Part shown: positions 14,201 through 28,324 of the stretch, piece by piece
How positions within the stretch are numbered: position 1 is the first letter of the stretch
Layout of the letters: the number at the start of each line of letters is the position of its first letter
Assembly: GCA_009914755.4 (NCBI GenBank)
Contig: CP068257.2
Location: 7,360,001-7,424,000, forward strand
Source of the DNA: the human T2T-CHM13v2.0 reference genome, Homo sapiens
DNA length: 64,000 bases
Reading direction: 5' to 3'
Notes under the pieces: generated by a model
Databases searched by the model: none
The model's input: only the letters and a program-made list of their open reading frames with translations
Told to the model about the DNA's origin: nothing
Program-made: the position numbers and the translations under genes

Positions 14201-17000
14201 TGGACCGGAATGGAATCCAATGGAATGAAGTGGAATGGAATAGCATAGAATGGAATGGAATAGAATGGAATCAACCAGAACGGATTGGAATGGAATGGAA
14301 TGGAATGGAATGGAATGGAATGGAATGGAATGCTATCGAATCAAGCCGAGTGTAATGGTAATGAATGGAATGGAATGGAATGGAATGGAATGGAATGAAA
14401 TGGAATCAACCCAAGTGCAATGGAATGGAATAGAATGCAACGGAATCAACCCGAGTGGAATGGAATAGAAAGGCATGCAAAGGAATCGAATGGAAAGCAA
14501 TGGAATGGGATCACCTCGACTGGAATGGAATGGAATGGAAAGGAATGAAGGGAATGGAATGGAATGGAAAGGTATGGAATCAATCCGAGTCGAATGGAAT
14601 GGAATGGAATGGAATGGAGTGGAATGGAACGGAATGGAATTGAATGGCATGGAATGAACCCGAATGGAATGGAATGGAATGGAATGGAATGGAATAGAAA
14701 CAACTAGAGTGCAATGGAATGTAATGGAATGGAGTGTAATGGAATGGAATGGAATGGAATGGAATGGAATGGAATGGAATCAACCCGAATGGAATGGAAT
14801 AGAATGGAATGGAATGGAATGGAATTGAATCAACCTGAATGGAATGGAACGGAATGGAACGGAAAGGAATGGAATGGAATGGAATGGAATAGAATGGAAT
14901 CAACCAGAATGGGATGGAATGGAACGGAATGGAATGGAATGGAATGTGATCCTATTGAATCAACCCGAGTGTAATGAAAATGAATGGAATGGAATGAAAT
15001 GGATTGGAATGGAATGGAATGGAATCAACCCGAGTGGAATGGAATGGAATGGAATGGAGTGCAATGGAATGGAATTGAATGGAGTGGAATGGAATGGAAT
15101 GGAATGGAATGGAATGGAAACAACACGAATAGAATGGAACGGAATGGAATGGAATGCTGTGGAATGGAATGGAATGGAATGAAATAAACACGAATAGAAT
15201 GGAACGGAATGGAATGGAATGGAATGGAATGGAATGGAATGGAATGGAAAGGAATCAGCCAGAATGGAATGGAATGGAATGGTATGGAATCAACCCAAGT
15301 GGAATGGAAAGGAATGGAATGCAATGGAATGAAACGGAATATAATGGAATGGAATGGACCATCCCGAGTGGAATGGAATGGTATGGAATGCAATGGAACG
15401 GAAGGGAACAGAACGGAATATAATGGAACGGAATAGATTGAATCAGACAGGAATTGAATGGAGAGGAATGGATTGGAATGGAATGAAATGGATTCAACCC
15501 TAGTTGAATGTCATGGATTGGAAAAGAATGGAATGGAATGGAATGGAATGGAATGGAATGGATTGGAATAGAATGGAGTGGAATCAACACGAATGTAATG
15601 GAATGGAATGGAATGGAAGGGAATTGAATGGAATGGAATGGAAACAACACGAATAGAATGGAACGGAATGGAATGGAATGCTGTGGAATGGAATGGAATG
15701 GAATGAAATAAACACAAATAGAATGGAATGGAATGGAATGGACTGTAATGGAAAGGAACGGACTGGAATTAACCCAAGTGTAATTGAATGGAATGGAAAG
15801 GAATCAACCCTAGTGGAATGAACTGGAATGTAATGCAATGGAATGGAGCAGAATCAACCTGAGGGGAATGGAATGGAATGGAATAGAATGGAATGGAATG
15901 GAATGGAATGGAATGGAATGCAATGCAATGGAATGGAATGGAATCAACCCGAATGGAATGGAAAGGTATGGAATGGAAAGGAATGGAATGGAATGGAATG
16001 GAAAGGAATGGAATGGAATGGAAGAGAATGGAATCAACCAGAATGGAATGGAATGGAATGGAATGGAATCATCCCGAGACGAATGGAATGGTATGGAATG
16101 CAATGGAATGGAATGGAACAGAAGGGAAAGGAATAGAATGGAATACATTGAATCCGAGAGGAATTGACTGGAGTGGAATGGATTGGAAAGGAATGCAAGG
16201 GATTCAACCCAGTTGAATGTCATGGATTGGAAATGAGTGGAATGGAATGGAATGGAATGGAAAGGAGTGGAATGGAATTGAATGGAATCAACACGAATGG
16301 AATGGAACGGAATGGAATGGAATGTAATGGAATGGAATGGAATGGAAACAACACGAATGGAATGGAACGGAACGGAATGGAATAGAATGCTGTGGAATGG
16401 AATGGAATGGAATGAAAAAAACACGAATAGAATGGAACGGAATGGAATGGAAAGGAATGGAATGGAATGGAATGGAATGGAATGAAAGAGAAAGGAACGG
16501 AATGGAATTAACCCGAGTGGAATGGAATGGAATGGAAAGGAATCAATCCGAGTGGAATGAAATGGAATGTAATGCAATGGAATGGAGCGGAATCAACCTG
16601 AGTCGAATGCAATGGAATGGAATGGAAAGGAGTGGAATGGAATGGAATGGAATGGAATGGAATGGAAAGAAATGGAATGGAATGGAACGGAATGGAATCC
16701 AATGGAATCAACTGGAATGGAATAGCGTAGAATGGAATGGAATGGAGTGGAATCAATCCACGTGGAATGCAATGGAATGCATGGAGTGGAATGGAATGCA
16801 ATGGAGTGGAATGGAATGGAATGGAATGCAGTGGAATTTAATGGAATGGGATCATCCCGAATGGAATGGAACGAAATGGAATGGAAGGGAATGAAATGGA
16901 ATCAACCCAAATGGGATGGAATGGAATGGAATGGAATGGAATGGAATGCAATGGAATGCTATGGAATCAACCTGAGTATAAAGGAAATGCATGGAATGGA
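2234..17000 (+). repeat. Two tandem copies (A ~2234-9609, B ~9610-17000) of a ~7.37 kb higher-order repeat (HOR) unit within the satellite
   Basis: Blocks of 99-150 codons give identical repeat-peptide translations at an exact +7376 offset: 2355-2654 vs 9731-10030, 2585-2839 vs 9961-10215, 2958 vs 10334, 3456 vs 10832, 3581 vs 10957. Further along the offset drifts to 7341-7436 because of small indels (4045 vs 11386, 4872 vs 12233, 5746 vs 13102, 7144 vs 14580, 7788 vs 15154, 8477 vs 15843). Confidence 0.85.
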
Positions 17001-20000
17001 ATGGAATGGAATGGAATGGAATGGAATCAACCGAAGTGCAATGGAATGGAATGGAATGCAACGGAATCAACCCGAGGGGAATGGAATGAAAAGGATTGGA
17101 ATGAAATGGAATGGAAAGGAATGGAATGGAATCAATCCGAATGGAATGGAATGGAATGGAAAGGAATGAATGGAATGGAATGGAATGGAGTGGAATGGTG
17201 TGGAATCAACTGGAGTGGAATGGAATGGACTGGAATGGAATAGAATGGAATGGAATGGAATGGAATGAATAGAATGGAATCAACTATAATGGAAAGGAAT
17301 GGAATGGAATGGAATGGAATGGAATGGAATGGAATGCTATTTAATCAACCTGAGGGTAATGGAAATGAATGGAATGGAATGGAATGGAATGGAATCAACC
17401 CAAGTGCAATGGAATGGAATAGAATGCAATGGAATCAACCCGAGTGGAATGGAATAGAAAGGCATGCAACGGAATGGAATGGAAAGCAATGGAATGGAAT
17501 CAACCCGAATGAAATGGAATGGAAAGGAATGAAGGGAATGGAATGGAATGGAAAGGTATGGAATCAACCCGAGTTCAATGGAATGGAATGGAATGGAATG
17601 GAATGGAATGGAGTGCAGTGGAAGACAATGCAATGGAATGTAATGGAATGGAATGGAATAGAACGGAATGGAATTGAATGGCATGGAATGAACCCGAATG
17701 GAATGGAATGGAATGGAATGGAATGGAATGGAATGGAATCAACACGAGTGGAATGGAATGTAATGGAATGGAGTGGAATGGAATGGAATTGAGTGGAATG
17801 GAATGGAATGGAATGGAATGGAATGGATTGGAATAGAATCAACCTGAATGGAATGTAATGGAATGGAATGGCATGGAATCAACCCGAGAAGAAAGGAATG
17901 GAATGGAATTCAATGGAATGGAATGGAATGGAATAGTATGGAATCAACCCGAGTGGAATATTATCGAATGGAATGGAATGGAATGGAATGGATTGGAATA
18001 AAATGTAATGGAATGGAATAGAATCAACCGGAGTGGAATGGAATTATATGGAGTGGAATGGTATATAATGGAATGGAATGGAATTAAATGGAAAGGAATG
18101 GAATGGAAACGTCCCGAGTGGAATGGAATGGTATGGAAGGCAATGGAACGAAATGGAACAGAACGGAATGGAATGGAAAGGAATAGATTGAATCAGAGAG
18201 GAATTGAATGGAGAGGAATGGATTGGAATGGAATGCAATGGATTCAACCCTAGTTGAATCTCATGGATTGGAAAGGAATGCAATGGAATGGAATGGAATG
18301 GAGTGGAATGGAATGGAGTGGAATCAACACGAATGGAATGGAACGGAATGGAATGAAATGGAATGGAATAGGAAACAACGCGAACAGAATGGAACGGAAT
18401 GGAATGGAATGCTGTGGAATGGAATGGAATGGAATGAAATAAACAGGAATAGAATGGAACGGAATGGAACAGAATGGAATGGAATGGAATGGAATGGAGT
18501 GAAATGGAAAGGAACGGAATGGAATTAACACAAGTGGAATTGAATGGAATGGAAAGGAATCAACCCGAGTGGAATGAAATGGAATGCAATGAAATGGTTT
18601 GGAGCGGAATCAACCTGAGTGGAATGGAATGGAATGGAATGGAATGGAATGGAATGGAATGGAATGGAATGCAATGGAATGGAATGGAATGGAATCAACC
18701 CGAATGCAATGGAACGGAATGGAACGGAATGGAATGGAATGGAATGGAATGGAATGCAAAGGAATGGAATGGAATGGATTCAACCCGAATGGAATGGAAT
18801 GGAAAGGAATGGAAAGGAATGGAATGGAATGGAATGGAATGGAATAGAATGGAATGGAATCATCCCGAGTGGAATGGAATGGTATGGAATGCAATGGAAT
18901 GGAATGGAACAGAACGGAAAGGATTGGAATGGAACAGATTGAATCCGAGAGGAATTGACTGGAGTGGAATGGATTGGAATGGAATGCAAGGGATTCAACC
19001 AAGTTGAATGTCATGGATTGGAAAGGAGTGGAATGAAATGGAATGGAAAGGAGTGGAATGGAATGGAATGGAATCAACACGAATGGAATGGAACGGAATG
19101 GAATGGAAACAATACTAATGGAATGGAAGGGAATGGAATGGAATTAAATGCTGTGGAATGGAATGGAATGGAATGAAATAAACACGAATAGAATGGAACG
19201 GAATGGAATGGAAAGGAATGGAATGGAATGAAATGGAAAGAAACGGAATGGAATTAACCCGACTGGAACGGAATGGAATGGAAAGGAATCAATCCGAGTG
19301 GAATGAAATGGAATATAATGCAATGGAATGGAGCAGAATCAACCTGAGTCGAATGCAATGGAATGGAATGGAAAGGAGTGGAATTGAATGGAATGGAATG
19401 GAATGGAATGGAATGGAATGGAATGGAATGCTATGGAATCAACCCGAGTGGAATGGAACGGAATGGAATGGAGTGGAATGGAATGGAATTGAATGGAGTG
19501 GAATGGAATGGAATGGAATGGAATGGAATGGAATGGAATGGATTGGAATAGAATGGAGTGGAATCAACACGAATGTAATGGAATGGAATGGAACGGAATT
19601 GAATGGAATGGAATGGAAACAACACGAATAGAATGGAACGGAATGGAATGGAATGCTGTGGAATGGAATGGAATGGAATGAAAGAAACACAAATAGAATG
19701 GAACGGAATGGAATGGAATGGAATGGAATGGAATGGAATGGAATGCTATGGAATCAACCCGAGTGTAATGGAAATGAAATGAATGGAATGGAATGGAATG
19801 GAATGGAATGGAATAGAATGGAATCAACCCAAGTGCAACGGAATGGAATAGAATGCTATGGAATCAACCCGAGCGGAATGGAATAGAAAGGCATGCAATG
19901 GAATGGAATGGAAAGCAATGGAATGGAATCAACCCGACTGGAATGGAAAGGAATGGAAAGTAATGAAGGGAATGGAATGGAATTGAAAGGTATGGAATCA

Positions 20001-23000
20001 ACCCGAGTGGAATGGAATGGAATGGAAGGGAATGGAATGGAATGGAGTGGAATGGAAGGCAATGCAATGGAATGGAATGGCATGGAATGGAACTGAACGG
20101 AATGGAATTGAAATGCATAGAATGAACCCGAATGGAATGGAATGGAATGGAATGGAATGGAATGGAATATAATCAACTCGAGTGGAATGTAATGGAATGG
20201 AATGGACCGGAATGGAATGGAATATAATCAACTCGAGTGGAATGGAATGGAATGGAATGGAGTGGAATGGAATGGAATTGAATGGAATGGAATGGAATGG
20301 AATGGAATGGAATGGAATGGAATCAGCCTGAATGGAATGGAATGGAATGGAATGGAATGGAATGGAATCAGCCTGAATGGAATGGAATGGAATGGAATGG
20401 AATGGAATGGAATGGCATGGAATCAAACCGAGTGGAATGGAATGGAATGGAATTCAATGGAATGGAATGGAATGGAATGGTATGGAATCAACACGAGTGG
20501 AATATTATCGAGTGGAATGGAATGGAACGGAATGGAATGGAATAAAATGTAATGGAATGGAGTGGAATCAACCAGAGTGGAATGGAATGGAATGGAGTGG
20601 AATGGTATATAATGGAATGGAATGGAATTAAATAGAAAGGAACGGAATGGAATCAACACGAGTGGAACGGAATGGAATGGAAAGGAATCAACCCGAGTGG
20701 AATGAAATGGAATGTAATGCAACGAAATGGAGCGGAATAAACCTGAGTCGAATGCAATGCAATGGAATGGAAAGGAGTGGAATGGAATGGAATGGAATGG
20801 AATGGAATGGAATGGAACGGAATGGAATGCTATGGAATCAACCCGAGTGGAATGGAATGGAATGGAATGGAGTGGAATGGAATGGAATTGAATGGAGTGG
20901 AATGGAATGGAATGGAATGGAATTGAATTGAATGGATTGGATTGGAGTAGAATGGAGTGGAATCAACACGAATGTAATGGAATGGAATGGAATGGAATGG
21001 AACGGATTGGAATTGAATGGAATGGAACGGAAACAACACGAATAGAATGGAACGGAATGGAATGGAATGCTGTGGAATGGAATGGAATGGAATGAAATAA
21101 ACACAAATAGAATGGATCGGAATGGAATGGAATGGAATGGAATGGAATGGAATGGAATGGAGTGAAATGGAAAGGAACGGAATGGAATTAACCCAAGTGG
21201 AATTGAATGGAATGGAAAGGAATCAACCCGAGTGGAATGAAATGGAATGTAATGCAATGGAATGGAGCGGAATCAACCTGAGGGGAATGGAATGGAATGG
21301 AATGGAATGGAATGGAATGGAATGCAATGGAATGGAATGGAATGGAATCAACCCGAATGGAATTGAAAGGAATGGAATGGGAAGGAATGGAATGGAATGG
21401 AATGGAATGGAATAGAATGGAATCAACCAGAATGGAATGGAATGGTATGGAGTGGAATTGAATGGAATGGAATGGAATGGAATCATCCCGAGTGGAATGG
21501 AATGGTATGGAATACAATAGAATGGAATGGAACAGAATGGAAAGAAATGGAATGGAATAGATTGAATCCGAGAGGAATTGACTGGATTGGAATGGATTGG
21601 AATGGAATGCAAGGGATTCAACCCAGTTGAATGTCATGGATTGGAAAGGAGTGGAATGGAATGGAATGGAAAGGAGTGGAATGGAATGCAATGAAATCAA
21701 CACGAATGGAATGGAACGGAATGGAATGGAATGGAATGGAAACAACACTAACGGAATGGAATGGAACGGAATGGAATAGAATGCTGCGGAATGGAATGGA
21801 ATGGAATGAAATAAACACGAATAGAATGGAATGGAATGGAATGGAAAGGAATGGAATGGAATGGAATGGAATGGAATGGAATGCAATGAAATGGAAAGGA
21901 ATGGAATGGAATTAACCCGAGTGGAACGGAATGGAATGGAAAGGAATCAATCCGAGTGGAATGAAATGGAAAGTAATGCAATGGAATGGAGCGGAAACAA
22001 CCTGAGTCGAATGCAATGGAATGGAATGGAAAGGAGTGGAATGGAATGGAATGGAAAGGAATGGAATGGAATGGAACAGAATGGAATCCAATGGAATCAA
22101 CTGGAATGGAATAGCATAGAATGGAATGGAATAGAATGGAATCAACCAGAACGGAATGGAATGGAATGGAATGGAATGTTATGGAATGGAATGGAATGCT
22201 ATGGAATCAACACGAGTGTAATGGAAATGAATGGAATGGAATGGAATGGAATGGAATGGAATGGAATGGATTGGAATGGAATGGAATCAACCCAAGTGAA
22301 AATGAATGGAATAGAATGCAACGGAATCAACCCAGGTGGAATGGAATAGAAAGGCATGCAAATGAATCGAATGGAAAGCAATGGAATGGAATCAACCCGA
22401 CTGGAATGGAAAGGAATGGAAAGGAATGAAGGGAATGGAATGGAATGGAAAGGTATGGAATCAACCAGGGTGGAATGGAAAGGAATGGAATGGAATGGAA
22501 TGGAATGGAATGGAATGGAGTGGAATGGAACGGAATGGAATTGAATGGCATGGAATGAACCCGAATGGAATGGAATAGAATGGAATGGAATGGAATGGAA
22601 TGGAATGGAATAGAAACAACTCGAGTGCAATGGAATGTAATGGAATGGAGTGGAATGGAATGGAGTGGAATGGAATGGAATGGAATGGAATGGAATGGAA
22701 TGGAATCAAACCGAATGGAATGGAATAGAATGGAATGGAATGGAACGGAATGGAATGGAATGGAATGGAATCAACCCGAATGGAATGGAACGGAATGGAA
22801 TGGAATGGAATGGAATGGAATAGAATGGAATCAACCAGAATGGGATGGGATGGAATGGAATGGAATGGAATGGAATGGAATGGAATGGAATGGAATGTGA
22901 TCCTATTGAATCAACCCGAGTGTAATGAAAATGAATGGAATGGAATGGAATGGAATGGAATCAACCCGAGTGGAATGGAATGGAATGGAATGGAGTTTAA

Positions 23001-26000
23001 TGGAATGGAATTGAATGGAGTGGAATGGAATGGAATGGAATGGAATGGAATGGAATGGAATGGAATCAACCCGAATGGAATGGTATGGAATGGAATACCA
23101 TGGAATCAACCCGAGTGGAATGGAATGGAATGGAATTCAATGGAATGGAATGGAATGCAATGGTATGTAATCAACCCGAGTGGAATATTATCGAATGCAA
23201 TGGAATGGAACGGAATGGAATGGAATAAAATGTAATGGAATGGAATGGAATCAACCGGAGTGCAATGGAATGGAATGGAGTGGAATGGAATATAATGGAA
23301 TGGAATGGAATTAAATGGAAAGGAACGGAATGGAATCAACACGAGTGGAATGGAATGGAATGGAATGGAATGGAATGGAATGGAATCAACCCGAGTGGAA
23401 TGGAATGGAATGGAATGCAATGGAATGAAATGTAATATAGTGGAATGGAATGGAAACATCCCGAGTGGAATGGAATGGTATGGAATGCAATGAAACGGAA
23501 TGGAACAGAACGGAATGGAATGGAACGAAATAGAATGAATCAGAGAGGAATTGAATGGAGAGGAATGGATTGGAATGGAATGCAATGGATTCAACGATAG
23601 TTGAATATCATGGATTGGAAAGGAATGGAATGGAATAGAATGGAATTGAATGGAATTGAATGGAATGGAGTGGAATGGAATGCAACGGAATGAAATTGAA
23701 TGGAATTGAATGGAATGGAGTGGAATGGAATGGAATGGAATGGAATGAAGTGGAATGGAATGGAATGGAATGGATTGAAGTGGAATGGAATGGAATGGAG
23801 TGGAATGGAATGGAATGGAATGCAATGGAATGGAATGGAGTGGAATGGAATGGAATGGAATGCAATGGAATGGAATGGAGTGGAATGGAATGGAATGGAA
23901 TGCAATGGAATGGAATGGAATAGAATGGAACGGAATGCAATGCAATGGAATGGAATCAACCCGATTGGAATGGAACGGAATGGAAGGGAAAGGAATGGAA
24001 TGGAATGGAATGGAATGGAATGGAATGGAATGGAAAGGAATGGAATGGAATGGAATGGAATGGAATGGAATGGAATGGAATGGAATGGAGTCATCCCGAG
24101 TGGAATGGAATGGTATGGAATGCAATGGAATGGAATGGAACAGAACGGAAAGGAATGGAATGGAACAGATTGAATCCGAGAGGAATTGACTGCAGTGGAA
24201 TGGATTGGAATTTAATGCAAGGGATTCAACCCAGTTGAATGTCATGGATTGGAAAGGAGTGGAATGGAATGGAATGGAAATGAGTGGAATGGAATGGAAT
24301 GGAATCAACACGAATGGAATGGAACAGAATGGAATGGAATGGAATATAATAGAATGGAATGGAGTGGAATGGAATGGAAACAACACGAATGGAATGGAAC
24401 GGAACGGAGTGGAATGGAATGGTGTGGAATGGAATGGAATGGAATGAAATAAACACGAATAGAATGGAACGGAATGGAATGGAATGGAATGGAATGGAAT
24501 GGAATGGTATGGAATGGAATGGAATGGAATGAAATGGAAAAGAATGGAATGGAATTGACCCGAGTGGAACGGAATGGAATGGAAAGGAATCAACCCGAGT
24601 GGAATGAAATGGAATGTAATGCAATGGAATTGAGTGGAATCAACCTGAGTCGAATGCAATGGAATGGAATGGAATGGAGTGGAATTGAATGGAAAGGAAT
24701 GGAATGGAACGGAATGGAATCCAATGGAATCAACTGGAATGGAATAGCATAGAATGGAATGGAATGGAATGGAATCAATCCGGGTGGAATGGAATGGAAT
24801 GTATGGAGTGGAATGGAATGGAATGGTGTGGAATGGAATGCAGTGGAATTTAATGGAATGGAATCAACCCGAATGGAATGGAATGGAATGGAATGGAAAG
24901 TAATGGAATGGAATGGAATGGAATAGAATGGAATGGAATCAACCGTAATGGGATGGAATGGAATGGAATAGAATGGAATCAACCCGAATGTAATGGAACG
25001 GAATGGAATGGAAAGAATGGAATGGAATGAATTGGAATGGAATAGAATGGAATCAACCAGAACGGAACGGAACGGAATGGAATGGAATGGAATGGAATGG
25101 AATGGAATGGAATGGAATGGAATGCTATGGAATCAACCCGTGTGTAATGGAAATGAATGGAATGGTATGGAATGGAATGGAATGGAATGGAATGGAATGG
25201 AATGGAATCAACCCAAATGCAATGGAATGGAATAGAATGCAACGGAATCAACCCGAGTGGAATGGAATAGAAAGGCATGCAAAGGAATCGAATGGAAAGC
25301 AATGGAATGGAATCAACCAGACTGGAATGGAATGGAATGGAAAGAAATGAAGGGAATGGAATGGAATGGAAAGGTATGGAATCAACCCGAGTGGAATGTA
25401 ATGGAATGGAGTGGAATGGAACGGAATGGAATTGAATGGCATGGAATGAACCCGAATGGAATGGAATGGAATGGAATGGAATATAATGGAATGGAATGGA
25501 ATAGAAACAACTCGAGTGCAATGGAATGTAATGGAATGGAGTGGAATAGAATGGAATGGAATGGAGTGGAATGTAATGGAATGGAATCAACCCGAATGGA
25601 ATGTAATAGAATGGAAACGAATGGAATGGAATGGAATGGAATGGAATGGAATGGAATGGAATGGAATGGAATCAACCCGAATGGAATGGAACGGAATGGA
25701 ATGGAAAGGAATGGATTGGAATGGAATGGAATGGAATAGAATAGAATCAACCAGAATGGGATGGAATGGAATGGAATGGAATGGAATGTGATCCTATTGA
25801 ATAAACCCGAGTGTAATGAAAATGAACGGAATGGAATGGAATGGAATGGAATGGAATGGAATGGAATGGAATGGAATCAACCCGAGTGGAATGGAATGGA
25901 ATGGAATGGATTTTAATGGAATGGAATTGAATGGAGTGGAATGGAATGGAATGGAATGGAATGGAATGGAATGGATTCAACCCGAATGGAATGGAATGGA

Positions 26001-27600
26001 ATGGAATACCATGGAATCAACCCGAGTGGAATGGAATGGAATGGAATTCAATGGAATGGAATGGAATGCAATGGTATGGAATCAACCCGAGTGGAATATT
26101 ATCGAATACAATTGAATGGAACGGAATGGAATGGAATAAAATGTAATGGAATGGAATGGAATCAACCGGAGTGCAATGGAATGGAATGGAGTGGAATGGA
26201 ATATAATGGAATGGAATGGAATTAAATGGAAAGGAACGGAATGGAATCAACACGAGTGGAATGGAATGGAATGGAATGGAAATGGAATCAACCCGAGTGG
26301 AATGGAATGGAATGGAATGCAATGGAATGAAACGTAATATAGTGGAATGGAATGGAAAAATCCCGAGTGGAATGGAATGGTATGGAATTCAATGGAACGG
26401 AATGGAACAGAACGGAATGGAATGGAACGAAATAGAATGAATCAGAGAGGAATTGAATGGAGAGGAATGGATTGTAATGGAATGCAATGGATTCAACGAT
26501 AGTTGAATATCATGGATTGGAAAGGAATGGAATGGAATGGAATGGAATGGAATGGAATGGAATGGAGTGGAATGGAATAGAATCAACTCGAGTGGAAGGG
26601 AATGTAACGGAATGGAATGGAATGGAATAGAATGGAATGGAATGGAGTGGAATGGAATGTAATGGAGTGGAATGGAATTGAATGGAATGGAATCATCCCG
26701 AGTGGAATGGAATGGTATGGAATGCAATGGAATGGAATGGAAGAGAACGGAAAGGAATGGAATGGAATAGATTGAATCTGAGAGGAATTGACTGGAGTCG
26801 AATGGATTGGAATGGAATGAAAGGGATTCAAGCCAGTTGAATGTCATGGATTGGAGAGGTGTGGAATAGAATGGAATGGAAAGGAGTGGAATTGAATGGA
26901 ATGGAATCAACACGAATGGAATGGAACGGAATGGAATGGAATGGAATGGAATGGAAATAACACGAATGGAATGGAACGGAACGGAATGGAATAGAATGCT
27001 GTGGAATGGAATGGAATGGAATGGAATGAAATAAACACGAATAGAATGGAACGGAATGGAATGGAAATGAATGGAATGGAATGGAATGGAATGGAATGGA
27101 ATGGAATGGAATGCAATGGAATGAAATGGAAAGGAACGGAATGGAATTAACCCGAGTGGAATGGACGGAATGGAATGGAAAGGAATCAACTGGAGTGGAA
27201 TGAAATGAAATGTAATGCAATGGAATGGAGCGGAATCAACCTGAGTTGTATGCAATGGAATGGAATGGAAAGGACTGGAATGGAAAGGAATGGAATGGAA
27301 TGGAATGGAATGGAATGGAATGGAATGGAATGGAACGGAATGGAATCCAATGGAATCAACTGGAATGGAATAGCATAGAATGGAATGGAATGGAATCATC
27401 CCGAGTGGAATGGACTGGTATGGAATGCAATGGAATGGAATGGAATGGAACAGAATGGAAAGGAATGGAATGGATTAGACTGAATCCGAGAGGAATTGAC
27501 TGGAGTGGAATGGATTGGAATGGAATGCAAGGGATTCAACCCAGTTGAATGTCATGGATTGGAAAGGAGTGGAATGGAATGGAATGGAAAGGAGTGGAAT
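17000..27600 (+). repeat. Additional, more rearranged copies of the same HOR (third and fourth copies with internal deletions)
   Basis: 16508-17792 matches 9996-11176 at about +6.4-6.5 kb, and 18474-19631 matches 12117-13189 at about +6.34-6.42 kb. 19856-20931 matches 9164-10240 at exactly +10692, again with identical ORF translations (e.g. 9306-9734 vs 19998-20426, differing by one residue). 20830-22900 matches 13094-14974 at about +7.73 kb. The landmark motif recurs out to 27560. Confidence 0.7.
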
Positions 27601-28270
27601 GGAATGGAATGGAATCAACGAGAATGGAATGGAACGGAATGGATTGGAATGGAATGGAATGGAATGGAATGGAAACAACACGAATGGAATGGAACGGAAT
27701 GGAATGGAATTAAATGCTGTCGAATGGAATGGAATGGAATGAAATAAACACGAATAGAATGGAATGGAACGGAACGGAATGGAATTAAATGCTGTGGAAT
27801 GGAATGGAATGGAATGAAATAAACACGAATAGAATGGAACGGAATGGAATGGAAAGGAATAGAATGGAATGAAATGGAAAGGAACGGAATGGAATTAACC
27901 CGAGTGGAACGGAATGGAATAGAAAGGAATCAATCCGAGTGGAATGAAATGGAATGTAATGCAATGGAATAGAGCAGAATCAACCTGAGTCGAATGCAAT
28001 GGAATGGAATGGAAAGGAGTGGAATGGAATGGAATGGAATGGAATGGAATGGAATGGAACGGAATGGAATGGAATGGAATGGAATGGAACGGAATGGAAT
28101 GGAATCAACCCGAGTGCAATGGAATGCAATGAAATGGAATGGAATTAACGAGAGTGGCATGGAGTGGAATGGAATAGAATGGTATGGAATGGAATAGAAT
28201 CGAATGGAATCAACTTGAGGGGAAAGGAATAGATTGGAAAGGAATGGAATGGAATAGTGAAATGAAATGT

Positions 28271-28324
28271 GAGCTGAGATTCTGCCTCTGCACTCCAGAC
28301 TGGGTGACAGAGTGAGATCCTGTT
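28271..28324 (+). mobile_element. Alu 3'-end-like module 1 (fragment, sense on +)
   Basis: gagctgagattctgcctctgcactccagactgggtgacagagtgagatcctgt, preceded by a gtgaaatgaaatgt leader. Confidence 0.6.

Larger units (their letters stand above)
1..28257 (+). repeat. Pericentromeric satellite of the HSat3 (human satellite III) type: tandem (GGAAT)n / (ATTCC)n array, GGAAT-rich strand on + for the whole array
   Basis: Near-continuous GGAAT pentamers with point variants (GGAGT, GCAAT, GGAAC, GGAAA, GTAAT). The array is punctuated every ~50-200 bp by the HSat3-diagnostic decamer CAACCCGAGT / CAACACGAGT / CAACCTGAGT (e.g. 164-173, 291-300, 2071-2080). All six-frame ORFs here are repeat peptides (MEWNG... 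on +, IPFHS... on -). No strand inversion is seen. Confidence 0.9.

Noticed and set aside
23795-23914. Three tandem 40-bp units (gaatggaatggagtggaatggaatggaatggaatgcaatg) inside the satellite
   Set aside because: This is just a local higher-multiple of the pentamer (8 x 5 bp) within the HSat3 array, not a separate feature.
23106-24659. 517-aa ORF on the minus strand, and other long ORFs in the satellite (e.g. 1334-2389, 351 aa; 26389-27399, 336 aa; 1656-2477, 273 aa)
   Set aside because: These are translation artefacts. GGAAT and ATTCC contain no stop codons in the repeating frames. Because 5 is coprime to 3, every frame cycles through the same peptides (MEWNG... and IPFHS...). There is no start context, no codon-usage signal and no conservation.
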